Shown here: in pieces, positions 30,394 to 39,546 of the stretch
Layout of the letters: every line of letters begins with the position of its first letter
Numbering within the stretch: the first letter of the stretch is position 1
From: an uncultured Verrucomicrobiae bacterium
Lineage (GTDB): Bacteria; Verrucomicrobiota; Verrucomicrobiia; Limisphaerales; Palsa-1400
Assembly (NCBI GenBank): GCA_963707025.1
Contig: CAVPOM010000012.1
Span: 320,001 to 384,000, forward strand
Length of the DNA: 64,000 nt
Reading direction: 5' to 3'
The notes under the pieces: generated by a model
Databases searched by the model: none
What the model was told of the DNA's origin: nothing
What the model saw: the letters and a program-made list of their open reading frames with translations, nothing else
Position numbers and translations under genes: made by a program

Positions 30394-31879
30394 GCCCGAC
30401 ACCCCCTTCTTCCCGGCCTGGCGGCCCCGTCTGGCGGCGGCGGGCCGCCGCTGTGCCCACAGCCTGGCGCGCCTCCGTCACGCCACCTTGAGTCAGATCG
30501 AGGACCGCCTGGCTCCCGCCTTGCCCACCGACCTCCTGCGAAAACCGGCCGCCGGCGACTACTCCCGCGAGCAGGTTTACACTCTGGTTCGCACCTGGTG
30601 GTGCTGGGTCTGGCCAGTCTTCCAAGCCAACACTTCCTGCCGCCACGTCGTCCTTCAGGTGCAGGCCCTGCTGGCCTTGGTCCAAGGCCCGGAACCGGAG
30701 CCGGACAGCAGCGCCTATTGCCAGGCCCGCGCCAAACTCCCCCTGGCCTTGCTGGAGCAAGCCTTCGCGGCCAGCGCCGACAGCGCCGAAAAGCGCGCCC
30801 CGGCCAGTACGCTGCTACAGGGCCGCCCGTTGAAAGCGGTCGATGGCAGCGGCACCCACCTGCCCGACACCCCGGCCAATCGGGCGGCCTTTCCCCCCAG
30901 CCAAAGCCTGCAGCCCGGCGGCGGCTTTCCCCACCTGCGCGTGGTGGCTCTGTTCTCCGCCGCCAGCGGCGCCCTTTTGGCCAAAGCCACCGGCAGCCTG
31001 CGCTCCTCCGAACTGGCTCTGTTTCTCCACGGCTTGCGCTCGGCTTTGCACCCCGGCGACATCCTCTTGGGCGACCGCGCCTATGGGGTTTATATTATCG
31101 CCGCCGTCCTCCAACTCCTGGGCGTGGATTTGCTCGCGCGGGTCTCCGTGCGCAACCGCAAGGTGGATTTCCGCCAGGCCCGCCAACGCCTGGGTCACTG
31201 GGACGCGCTCTTTACCTGGTCCAAACCCGGCCGGCCTTCGCCCCTGCTTTCGTTCCTGGAATGGCTCGGACTGCCGCCGCAGATCACGGTGCGGGTGCTG
31301 CGCGCGCGCCTGAGCCGGGCCGGCTTCCGCACCCGCCACCTGACCCTGGTCACGACCCTGTTGGATGCGGCGCTTTTTCCAGCGGAGGAACTGGCGGCCG
31401 CTTATGCCCGGCGCTGGCGCATGGAACTGTGCCTGGACGATCTCAAAACCACCCTGGGCATGCAGAGCCTGCATTGCCTCTGTCCCCGCATGGTGGAGAA
31501 AGAACTCCTGCTCTTCCTCACCGCCCATAATTTCCTGCGCTGGATCATGGCCGAAGCCGCGCAAAGCCAGAACGTGGACTTGGATCGGATCAGTTTCAAA
31601 GGCAGCCTGGACGCCTTCCGGCAATGGACGCAGGCACTGGCACAACTCGGACACGCCCGGAACAAAGGGGGACGGCGCCGCCAATTATGGCAGCGGCTGC
31701 TCCGAAGGCTGGCGACCGATCTGGTGCCCAGGCGTCCGGGAAGAGCGGAGCCGCGCGCTGTCAAGAAACGATCCAAATACCCCCATTTGAACAAATCGCG
31801 GCATCAATACCGCCAGCCCTGGAGCCGCAATAAACGCCGCCGTCTGGCCCGGGCCAAAAGAAAGGCTTCCCTTATTTAA
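30392..31879 (+). CDS. IS4-family DDE transposase
   Basis: SAYCQAR, KAVDGS, LGDRAY, Y..RWRMELCLDDLK (YREK-like), RPGRAEPRAVK. The stop lies inside the right IR. Confidence 0.93.
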   Translation: MPDTPFFPAWRPRLAAAGRRCAHSLARLRHATLSQIEDRLAPALPTDLLRKPAAGDYSREQVYTLVRTWWCWVWPVFQANTSCRHVVLQVQALLALVQGPEPEPDSSAYCQARAKLPLALLEQAFAASADSAEKRAPASTLLQGRPLKAVDGSGTHLPDTPANRAAFPPSQSLQPGGGFPHLRVVALFSAASGALLAKATGSLRSSELALFLHGLRSALHPGDILLGDRAYGVYIIAAVLQLLGVDLLARVSVRNRKVDFRQARQRLGHWDALFTWSKPGRPSPLLSFLEWLGLPPQITVRVLRARLSRAGFRTRHLTLVTTLLDAALFPAEELAAAYARRWRMELCLDDLKTTLGMQSLHCLCPRMVEKELLLFLTAHNFLRWIMAEAAQSQNVDLDRISFKGSLDAFRQWTQALAQLGHARNKGGRRRQLWQRLLRRLATDLVPRRPGRAEPRAVKKRSKYPHLNKSRHQYRQPWSRNKRRRLARAKRKASLI

Positions 31880-32130
31880 GCGCCATTCCCCGAGGACGGG
31901 CGCACTCCTGTGGCATTCTTGCGCTTAGAGCGTTTTCAAGAAAACTGTAGCCGCAGTACGTGGTAGGGTCCCGGCAGGCCGGGATTGCCCGCCGCGGCGC
32001 GCACGGAGTGCGCGCCCTACCTCCCTCGTTTCGCCTCCATCATTTCTTAAACCGCTTTGGAAGGTGAACTTTTTTTGAGGCGGAGTGGACCAGGAATCCG
32101 CCGGAAAAATTCAAATTAAGGCACTATCAA

Positions 32131-32408
32131 AAGATTGGAGCATTTCCAATAACAGTGCAGCATAAGAGTGCAGCCATAATGCCTGGTCAGGATGTGATGA
32201 ACTGGTTCGCCTCCTGCATTCACAATTCCATTTAAACTGCTCGAATCACTTTGAGGAAAAGGCTTGCCCACATTGCCAACCTTCAATGTGGGCAAGCTCA
32301 TTTTAACAACGCACTTGAATCTGTCGAGATAAAAGATTGGAGCATTGCCAATAAGAGTGGAGCATAAAAGTGCGGCCATAATGCCTGGTCAGGATGCGAT
32401 GAACTGGT
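32131..32408. repeat. Two ~77-bp direct repeats, period 201 bp
   Basis: AAAGATTGGAGCATT...ATAATGCCTGGTCAGGATG(T/C)GATGAACTGGT at 32131 and 32332, about 6 mismatches. Confidence 0.85.
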
Positions 32409-32584
32409 GTGCCTCGTGCGGCTGCAGCTTTGTTAAAACCGCTTTAAGGATCGGGGGTTTTCCGCGCTTGCAAGAATTTCAACCCGGCGGCGGCGCTGGC
32501 GTATGAGGGGGTCCCCAAAAACTAGACCACTGCTGAAGAAGATAGACTTTTGTTGGTCTGCTGGAAATGAGAGAAAGCAGACTG

Positions 32585-32875
32585 ATGAAAACAAAACGGA
32601 AGCGGCACAGTGCGGCCTTCAAGGCCAAAGTGGGATTCGAAGCCCTGGTGGGGCTTAAGACGGTCGCGCAGCTGGCGCGAGAGTACGCGGTGCATCCGAC
32701 CCAGGTCACGCAATGGAAAGCGACGATTCGCGACCGGTTGCCCGACCTGTTTGAGGCGGGGCATGCGGGCAGCGCAGACCAGGAGGAGTTGATCGGGCAA
32801 TTGCACCAGAAGATCGGGCAGTTGACGGTGGACCTGGACTGGCTGAAAAAAAAATCCAAACAACTGGGCCTTTAA
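32585..32875 (+). CDS. IS3 OrfA
   Basis: Identical to the copy 1 OrfA. Confidence 0.92.
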   Translation: MKTKRKRHSAAFKAKVGFEALVGLKTVAQLAREYAVHPTQVTQWKATIRDRLPDLFEAGHAGSADQEELIGQLHQKIGQLTVDLDWLKKKSKQLGL

Positions 32876-32889
32876 AGAGCCTGGCGGAG

Positions 32890-33795
32890 TTGGTCGGCCC
32901 GGATGCGCAGGTGAGCGTGCGGCATCAGTGCGACCTGCTGGATTTATGCCGGAGCAGTTACTATTACCAACCGTGCCCCGAGACGCCGGAGAATCTGGCG
33001 CTGATGCGGCGTTTGGACCAGTTGCACTTGGACCATCCGGTCTATGGCAGCCGCAAGTTGCGGGTGCTGTTGGGCCGGGAGGGCTGGGAAGTCAATCGCA
33101 AGCGGGTGGTGCGGCTGTTGCGGGTCATGGGCATCGAGGCCATCTACCGCAAACCCCGGACCAGCCTGCCGGGGCCGGGCCATCAGATCTATCCGTATCT
33201 GTTGGGCGAGTTGGAGATCACCGGGCCCGATCAGGCTTGGTGCGCGGACATCACCTATGTGCCGATGGCACAGGGGTTTATGTATCTGGTGGCGGTGATG
33301 GATTGGTGGAGCCGGTATGTGCTGGCGTGGCGCTTGAGCAACACGTTGGAGAGCGCCTTCTGCGTGGACGCCTGGGAAGCGGCGCTGCAGAGCGGGCGGA
33401 AGGCCCCGCTGATCGCCAACACCGACCAGGGGTCGCAGTTCACTTCGCCGCTGTATATCGACGCGGTGGAATCGGCGGGGGTGGACGTGAGCATGGATGG
33501 CCGGGGGCGGTGGATGGACAACCGGTTTATCGAGCGGTTGTGGCGGAGCGTCAAGCATGAGGACATATATCTGCAAGATTACCTGGACGGGATCGAGGCC
33601 GGGCGCGGGCTGGCGCGCTGGTTTGAGGATTACAACCGGTTGCGTCCGCACGCGGCTTTGCACTATGCGACGCCCGCGGCCGTGTATTCTGATCCCGGGG
33701 CCTACGGAGCCCAACCGGCCCGATGGGAAGCGATGCAGCCCAAGGGAGGCTCGGCGGGCCGGAAAAACTTGAAATCAGACCGCCTGCGGCGGTAA
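32890..33795 (+). CDS. IS3 OrfB DDE transposase
   Basis: Near-identical to the copy 1 OrfB. Confidence 0.92.
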   Translation: MVGPDAQVSVRHQCDLLDLCRSSYYYQPCPETPENLALMRRLDQLHLDHPVYGSRKLRVLLGREGWEVNRKRVVRLLRVMGIEAIYRKPRTSLPGPGHQIYPYLLGELEITGPDQAWCADITYVPMAQGFMYLVAVMDWWSRYVLAWRLSNTLESAFCVDAWEAALQSGRKAPLIANTDQGSQFTSPLYIDAVESAGVDVSMDGRGRWMDNRFIERLWRSVKHEDIYLQDYLDGIEAGRGLARWFEDYNRLRPHAALHYATPAAVYSDPGAYGAQPARWEAMQPKGGSAGRKNLKSDRLRR

Positions 33796-33977
33796 GGTTG
33801 GAAACCCTAAGAAAACGGAGAGGGAGGACGGGCGGTGCCAGGCGCGGCTCGTTCTCTCTTTTCGAAAGGGTTTGGAAGCGCGGAATGAACAACAGACAAA
33901 CAAAAATACAAATGACAGCGGACCTCCAGAGTCTATCTTATTCTCCGCGCTCCGTGGTCTAAAGGATGGGGTCCACC

Positions 33978-36119
33978 TCAGTATTCCAGGCAGGCCGTTT
34001 CATGGGCGGCGATGGCTTTTTGGAAATCATCGGCGGCCGCGGACTTGTCGCCGGCCAGGAGGCGTTTTGAACCGGCGTAAAACCAGGCCTGGCACATTTG
34101 CCTGGCTTCGGTGGGCCGGTCCGCATTTTTGGCGGCGGCCAGAAATTCCGGTTCGGCCAGTTGACCGGCGAGGAAATGGCCGATTTGGGAAGCCCAGCCG
34201 CCGGGCTGGCCGTTGGCGCGGCCGGCCAGAGAAGTTTGCAACTCGGCGGTGGCGGCCGCCGCCTCGCCCAGCCAGGCGCGGGTCAGGCAGAGGCGGAAAC
34301 GGGCATAATCATTGGCGGCATTGCACTCCAGCGCCTGGCGGAAATCCGCCAAGGCCGCGGTGAATTCGCGCGCGTCATAACGGAGGCAGCCGCGATTGTG
34401 CCAGGCCCAGGCATATTTTGGATTTAGCTCGATGGCTTTGGCGTAATCGGCGCCGGCGCCGTCGCGGTCGCCTTTGGCATTCCTGGCGCGGCCACGATTG
34501 TTGTAGGCGGTCGCGTCATTGGGTTTGAGTTGGATGGCTTTGGTGAAGTCGGCGATGGCGCCGTCCAGGTCGCCTTTGACCAGTCTGGCGCCACCGCGAG
34601 AGTGCCAGGCCTCGGCCAAACCGGGTTTGAGTTGGAGGGCTTGGGTGCAGTCGGCGATGGCGCCGTCGCGGTCGCCTTTGGCCAGCCTGGCCGCGCCGCG
34701 AATGTAGTACGCGGTCGCGTCATCCGGTTTGAGTTGGATGGATTTGGTGGAGTCGGCGATGGCGCCGTCCATGTCGCCTTTGGCTTGTCTGGCCAGGCCG
34801 CGATTGTGGAAGGCAAAGGCATAATCGGGTTTGAGTTGAATGGCTTGGGAAAAATCCGCAATGGCGCCGTCCAGGTCGCCTTTGGCTTTCCTGGCCAGGC
34901 CGCGATCGTAGCAGGCCAGCGCATAATCGGGTTTGAGTTGGAGGGCTTGGCTGTAGTCGGCGATGGCGCCGTTTAGGTCGCCCCGCGCTTTTCTGGCATT
35001 GCCGCGATTGTTGTAAACTGCCGCTGAATCCGGTTTGAGTTCAATGGCCTTGGTGTAGTCGGCGATGGCGCCGTCCAGGTCGCCTTTGGCTTGCCGGGCG
35101 ACGCCGCGATTGTAGCAGGCCAGCGCAGAGTCGGGCTTGAGTTGGAGGGCTTTGGTGTAGTCGGCGATGGCGCCGTCCAAGTCGCCCTGGACTTGTTTGG
35201 CAACGCCACGATTGTAGCAGGCATGCACAAAATCCGGTTTGAGCAGGATGGCCTGGGTGTAGTCGGCGATGGCCTCCTCCAGCTCGCCTTTGGCTTTGCG
35301 GGCATTGCCGCGATTGAAGAAGGCCCCGGCCTCAGCCGGTCGGAGTTGGATGGCTCGGGTGTCGTCGGCGATGGCGCCGTCCAGGTCGCCTTTGGCCTGC
35401 CTGGCCAGGGCGCGATTGATGATGGCCAGGGCAAAATCGGGTTGGAGCGCGATGGCTTTGGTCTGGTCGGCGATGGCGCCGTCCCAGTCGCCATTGGCCA
35501 GCCGGGCATTGCCGCGATTGCAGTAGGCGATGGCGTAATCGGGTTGGAGCGCGATGGCTTTGCTGAAATCGGCCAGCGCGTCGTCCAAATCGCCTTTGGC
35601 TTTCCGGGCCACGGCGCGATTGTTGTAGGAAGCGGCTGAATCCGGTTTGAGTGCGATGACCTGGCTGTAGTCGGCGATGGCGCCGTCCAGGTCGCCTTTG
35701 GCTTGGCGGGCATGGCCGCGAGCGTCCCAGGCGAGGGAATCCTTCGCATTTAATTTGATGGCCTGATCGTAATCGGCGATGGCGCCGTTCAAGTCGCCTT
35801 TGGCCTGCCTGGCCAGGCCGCGCGCGTCATAGGCAGGCGCCAACGCCGGCTGCAGCCCGATGGCGTGGTCGTAGTCGGCGATGGCGCCGTCCCAGTCGCC
35901 CTTGGCTTGCCTGGCATTGCCGCGAGCGCCGTAGGCATCGGCATCATTCGGATTGAGTTGGATGGCTTTGGTGAAGTCGGCGATGGCGCCGTCCCAGTCG
36001 CCCTTGGCTTGCCTGGCATCGCCGCCATGGAAGTAATCAACCGGCCGGTGCGAACAGGAGGCGGCGGCCAGGGTCAGGAACAAGGCCGTGAGCAGCGAAA
36101 ATTTACCGGGGTGGCTCAT
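33978..36119 (-). CDS. TPR-repeat lipoprotein (NlpI-like C-terminus). Last 18 aa displaced by IS3
   Basis: Lipobox-like LAAASC. About 16-17 34-aa repeats (AYNNRGxARxAKGDLDGAIADYTKAIxLKPD), then CQAWFYAG. The original tail is at 32444-32500. Confidence 0.92.
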   Translation of the reverse strand: MSHPGKFSLLTALFLTLAAASCSHRPVDYFHGGDARQAKGDWDGAIADFTKAIQLNPNDADAYGARGNARQAKGDWDGAIADYDHAIGLQPALAPAYDARGLARQAKGDLNGAIADYDQAIKLNAKDSLAWDARGHARQAKGDLDGAIADYSQVIALKPDSAASYNNRAVARKAKGDLDDALADFSKAIALQPDYAIAYCNRGNARLANGDWDGAIADQTKAIALQPDFALAIINRALARQAKGDLDGAIADDTRAIQLRPAEAGAFFNRGNARKAKGELEEAIADYTQAILLKPDFVHACYNRGVAKQVQGDLDGAIADYTKALQLKPDSALACYNRGVARQAKGDLDGAIADYTKAIELKPDSAAVYNNRGNARKARGDLNGAIADYSQALQLKPDYALACYDRGLARKAKGDLDGAIADFSQAIQLKPDYAFAFHNRGLARQAKGDMDGAIADSTKSIQLKPDDATAYYIRGAARLAKGDRDGAIADCTQALQLKPGLAEAWHSRGGARLVKGDLDGAIADFTKAIQLKPNDATAYNNRGRARNAKGDRDGAGADYAKAIELNPKYAWAWHNRGCLRYDAREFTAALADFRQALECNAANDYARFRLCLTRAWLGEAAAATAELQTSLAGRANGQPGGWASQIGHFLAGQLAEPEFLAAAKNADRPTEARQMCQAWFYAGSKRLLAGDKSAAADDFQKAIAAHETACLEY

Positions 36120-36490
36120 ATTTTTTCCTTCCAAGTTCAAGTTGCGCAGTTGCTGGACCATGGTGACGGAGTAATTTTCGCCGTTGGCAGGTTTGACTCA
36201 AAAGCGCTGATTTCAATTCAACGGCATTCGGCGGAGGATGCAAAGCCTGTGTTGGTTTGGCGTTGCAAACCTGCCACGGCGGGAATGAAAAGCAAGCACG
36301 CCGCGCGGCAGTGTGCTGATTTGATTGCTGTAGTGCCGGCGCCGTGCGCCCATTTCGAGCCACAGGCTCGACGCTGCAAAAAAGCAGGACACCATGCGCC
36401 CGGCGGGAGGCCGGGCCGGGCGGATGGGGAATTGGGCTTTGCAATTCCGGGCTTGCCCGATGAGCCGAACAGAGTTAGGTAAGGGTTGCT

Positions 36491-37954
36491 ATGTCTAATC
36501 CATATTCCAGGCGTCCCTCACCCTTGGCGACGGTTCGAACCGCGGTGACAACTCTCCGGATCAACCGGCGGCGGTTCATTTATTCCTCCGCGCTGGCGGC
36601 GGGGGCATTGGCCACGCGGCTGACGCCGGCCGACGCCGGTGTCAAGTTGAAATCACCCAATGAGAAGCTGGATATCGGGTGCATCGGGGTGGGAGGCTGG
36701 CGGGGACCGCAGGATGTCTCCGGGCTGGCGGACGTGGATGAGAAACGGGTTCCGCAGCAGAATATCGTGGCGCTGTGCGACGTGGATGAGAATAATTTGA
36801 AGGCTTGGGCGCAGGCGTTGCCGGCGGCCAAGCTTTACAAGGATTACCGGGAGATGCTGGACAAGGAGAAGACGCTGGACGCGGTGAGCGTGACCATACC
36901 GGATCATCAACACGGGCCGGCGGCCATGATGGCCATGGCCCTGGGCAAGCATGTTTATTGCGAGAAGCCGCTGACCCATTCGGTCTGGGAAACGCGCCAG
37001 TTGACGCTGGCGGCGCGCAAGTACGGGGTGGTGACGCAAATGGGCAACCAGGGGCATGCCATGGAAGACAACCGGCGTCTGTGCGAAATGATCGCCGCCG
37101 GGGCGATTGGCGCGGTGCGCGAAGTTCATTGCTGGACCGACCGGCCCGTGCATGTCGAGGGGGGGCCGGGTTGGGTGCAGGGCCATGAGCGCCCGCCGGG
37201 GGAAGATCCCGTGCCGCCCACCTTGGATTGGAATTTGTGGCTGGGTCCGGCGCCGAGCCGTCCCTACGTGGCCGGCTGGCCGGAGGACCGGACGGTGCCG
37301 GTTTATTGCCCGCATGTCTGGCGGGGTTGGTGGGATTTTGGCTGCGGCGCCATCGGCGACATGGCCTGCCATATCATGGACGGCCCGTACTGGGCCTTGA
37401 ACCTGGGCGCTCCGACCACGGTGGAGCTGCTCCGGTCTTCCAAACTGATGCCGGAAATGGCGCCGTGGGCGTCGGTGATCAAATATCAATTCCCGGCGCG
37501 CGGTGACATGCCGGCGTGCAGCCTGACGTGGTACGACGGCGGCCAGAAGCCGTCCAAACCGGCGGAAATGGAAGCGGCGCAACTGGACGACAACGGCGCG
37601 CTGCTGATTGGCGACAAGGGAAAGATCGTCGCCGGCACCTATGGCGACAGTCCGCATTTGTTGCCGGAGTCCAAGATGGTGGATTACAAGCGGCCGGCGC
37701 AGACGATCCCGCGGGTGCCCGGCAACAGCCCGCACAAGGATTTTATCCGGGCGTGCAAAGGCGGCCCGGCGCCTTGTTCGAATTTCGACATTTCCGGCCC
37801 GTTCACAGAGATGGCCTTGCTGGGCAATGTCGCCTTGCGCCTGGGCAAGAAAATTGAATGGGACCCGGTCCATCTGAAATGTCCGGGCACACCGGAGGCG
37901 GATGCGATCCTCCATCCGACGTTTCGCGAGGGTTGGAAGGTGTCGCCGGCGTAG
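36491..37954 (+). CDS. Gfo/Idh/MocA-family oxidoreductase with Tat signal
   Basis: NRRRFI; IGCIGVGG; PDHQH; HVYCEKPLTH; GAIGDMACH. Confidence 0.93.
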   Translation: MSNPYSRRPSPLATVRTAVTTLRINRRRFIYSSALAAGALATRLTPADAGVKLKSPNEKLDIGCIGVGGWRGPQDVSGLADVDEKRVPQQNIVALCDVDENNLKAWAQALPAAKLYKDYREMLDKEKTLDAVSVTIPDHQHGPAAMMAMALGKHVYCEKPLTHSVWETRQLTLAARKYGVVTQMGNQGHAMEDNRRLCEMIAAGAIGAVREVHCWTDRPVHVEGGPGWVQGHERPPGEDPVPPTLDWNLWLGPAPSRPYVAGWPEDRTVPVYCPHVWRGWWDFGCGAIGDMACHIMDGPYWALNLGAPTTVELLRSSKLMPEMAPWASVIKYQFPARGDMPACSLTWYDGGQKPSKPAEMEAAQLDDNGALLIGDKGKIVAGTYGDSPHLLPESKMVDYKRPAQTIPRVPGNSPHKDFIRACKGGPAPCSNFDISGPFTEMALLGNVALRLGKKIEWDPVHLKCPGTPEADAILHPTFREGWKVSPA

Positions 37955-38012
37955 CGCCCGCCGTTTTTTGGGCGGCGGTCCGTGGCCGCTTTGCTTCCCC
38001 GTCATCCTGGTT

Positions 38013-39539
38013 TCAAGCCGGATTTAATTGCTGCAACAGGGCGCGGCCGGCGGCGCGCAGGATTTCCAGATGGGCCTTGGACCTGGCTTCGATGTAACAA
38101 CGCACCAGCGGCTCGGTGGCGCTGGCCCGGAAGGCAACCCATTCTTGTTTCGGCAGGAGAAATTTGCAGGCGTCGGTGGTGATGCATTTTTCGACGGGGA
38201 ATTCGCCAACGCTTTTCAGCCCTTCGGCCAGGCGCGCCAGGAGCCTCTCCTTTTTTTCAGGAGCAACGGGGAGGCTGATGCGCCCGGTGTAAAATGGGCC
38301 GGTCTGTCTGGCCAGTTCCTTGAGGATTTGACCCAACGATTTTCGCATGGTCGCCACCAATTCGGCCATCAAAAGACAGGCCAGGATGCCGTCCTTCTCC
38401 GGCACATGGCCCTGGACGCTCAGGCCGCCGGATTCGTCGCCGCCCACGATGACCGGCTCAGCTTCCATGAGCGCGCCGATGTAGCTAAAGCCGGCCGGCG
38501 TCTCGCGGACTGCGACGCCGAAAAGCCGCGCCACCGCGTCCACCTGGTGGCTGGTCAGCACGGTGCGGACGACGGAGCCGGTCCAGCCGCGATTTTTTTT
38601 CAGATGATAAAGAGCCAGGGCCAGAATTTGGTTGGGGGCGAGCCAGGCGCCGTCGTTGTCCACCACCCCAAAACGGCCGGCGTCGCCGCCGGTGGCCAGC
38701 CCCAGTTGGGCCTTGCCGCGGCGAATGGCCTGGCGCACTTCGGTGAGAAGTGCCGCGCCCGGCTCGGGCGGGTGGCCGCCGAAGAAAACGTCGGATTCGG
38801 TGTGGAAGACGGTGATTTTGGCGCCGGCCTTGAGGAGAAGCGCGTCCAGATAACCGCGGCCGCATCCGTGCATCAAATCCAGGGCGATGCGCAGGCGCGC
38901 CTTTTTGATGGCGGCGAAATCCACCAGCTTTTCCATCTGCTTAAAATAATCGGGCTGCGCATCCATGGTTTTGGCCTGGAAAGTCCCGGTGACGACCGCC
39001 GGGAAGTTCCAGTTTTCCCGCCGCAAACGGAGGATGGCGGCCTCCATCGCCAGGGTGACTTCCGGGGTGGCGCCCGCGCCATTGCCGAGGGAGAATTGGA
39101 AGCCTGCATACTCCGGCGGATTATGGCCGGCGGCAAGGTTGATGCCGCCGATGGCCCGGCGATGGCGGATGGCCAGGGCCAGGGCGGGCGTCGGGGTGGC
39201 GCGGTGGCACACGAGCGGACTCAATCCGGCGGCGGTCAAAACTTCGGCCGCGGCCAGGGCGAATTGGGGTCCGAGAAAACGGCCGTCGTGGGCAATGATG
39301 AGCCTGGGCGGGCGGCGGCGAAGTGGGGAGTTGGGATGATTAGGATTAAGCTTAGGATTAAGATTATGGTTGGGCGGAGGCCGGTGAAGGGGGGAGTTGG
39401 GATCGGCCGGTTGGGCCTTGGCGTATTCGGCCACGGCCTGGGCGGCCAGGCGGAGGTTGGCGAAGGTGAAATCGCGCGCGATGGCCGCCCGCCAGCCGGC
39501 GGGGCCAAATTTAATGGGAGTGGATCCCGGCGAGTCCAT
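38013..39539 (-). CDS. Phosphoglucomutase/phosphomannomutase homologue with degenerate catalytic motifs
   Basis: IKFGxxGWR, TPTP, GGDESGG, EKDG, RASATEPLVR. Catalytic loops read AGHNP (for ASHNP) and GGDAGR (for DGDADR). Confidence 0.85.
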   Translation of the reverse strand: MDSPGSTPIKFGPAGWRAAIARDFTFANLRLAAQAVAEYAKAQPADPNSPLHRPPPNHNLNPKLNPNHPNSPLRRRPPRLIIAHDGRFLGPQFALAAAEVLTAAGLSPLVCHRATPTPALALAIRHRRAIGGINLAAGHNPPEYAGFQFSLGNGAGATPEVTLAMEAAILRLRRENWNFPAVVTGTFQAKTMDAQPDYFKQMEKLVDFAAIKKARLRIALDLMHGCGRGYLDALLLKAGAKITVFHTESDVFFGGHPPEPGAALLTEVRQAIRRGKAQLGLATGGDAGRFGVVDNDGAWLAPNQILALALYHLKKNRGWTGSVVRTVLTSHQVDAVARLFGVAVRETPAGFSYIGALMEAEPVIVGGDESGGLSVQGHVPEKDGILACLLMAELVATMRKSLGQILKELARQTGPFYTGRISLPVAPEKKERLLARLAEGLKSVGEFPVEKCITTDACKFLLPKQEWVAFRASATEPLVRCYIEARSKAHLEILRAAGRALLQQLNPA

Positions 39540-39546
39540 TGACCAG

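Larger units (their letters stand above)
29986..31888 (+). mobile_element. IS4-family element with two divergent ORFs and a 12-bp target duplication
   Basis: Perfect 18-bp IRs GAATGGCGCTTAAATAAG. CCCGAGGACGGG at 29974-29985 and 31889-31900. Confidence 0.95.
32504..33980 (+). mobile_element. IS3-family element, type A copy 3, with GTA target duplication
   Basis: Same IRs as copy 1. GTA at 32501-32503 and 33981-33983. Confidence 0.96.

Noticed and set aside
31962..32022. GTAG...CTAC REP-like doublet
   Set aside because: It is probably an ordinary degenerate REP and adds nothing further.
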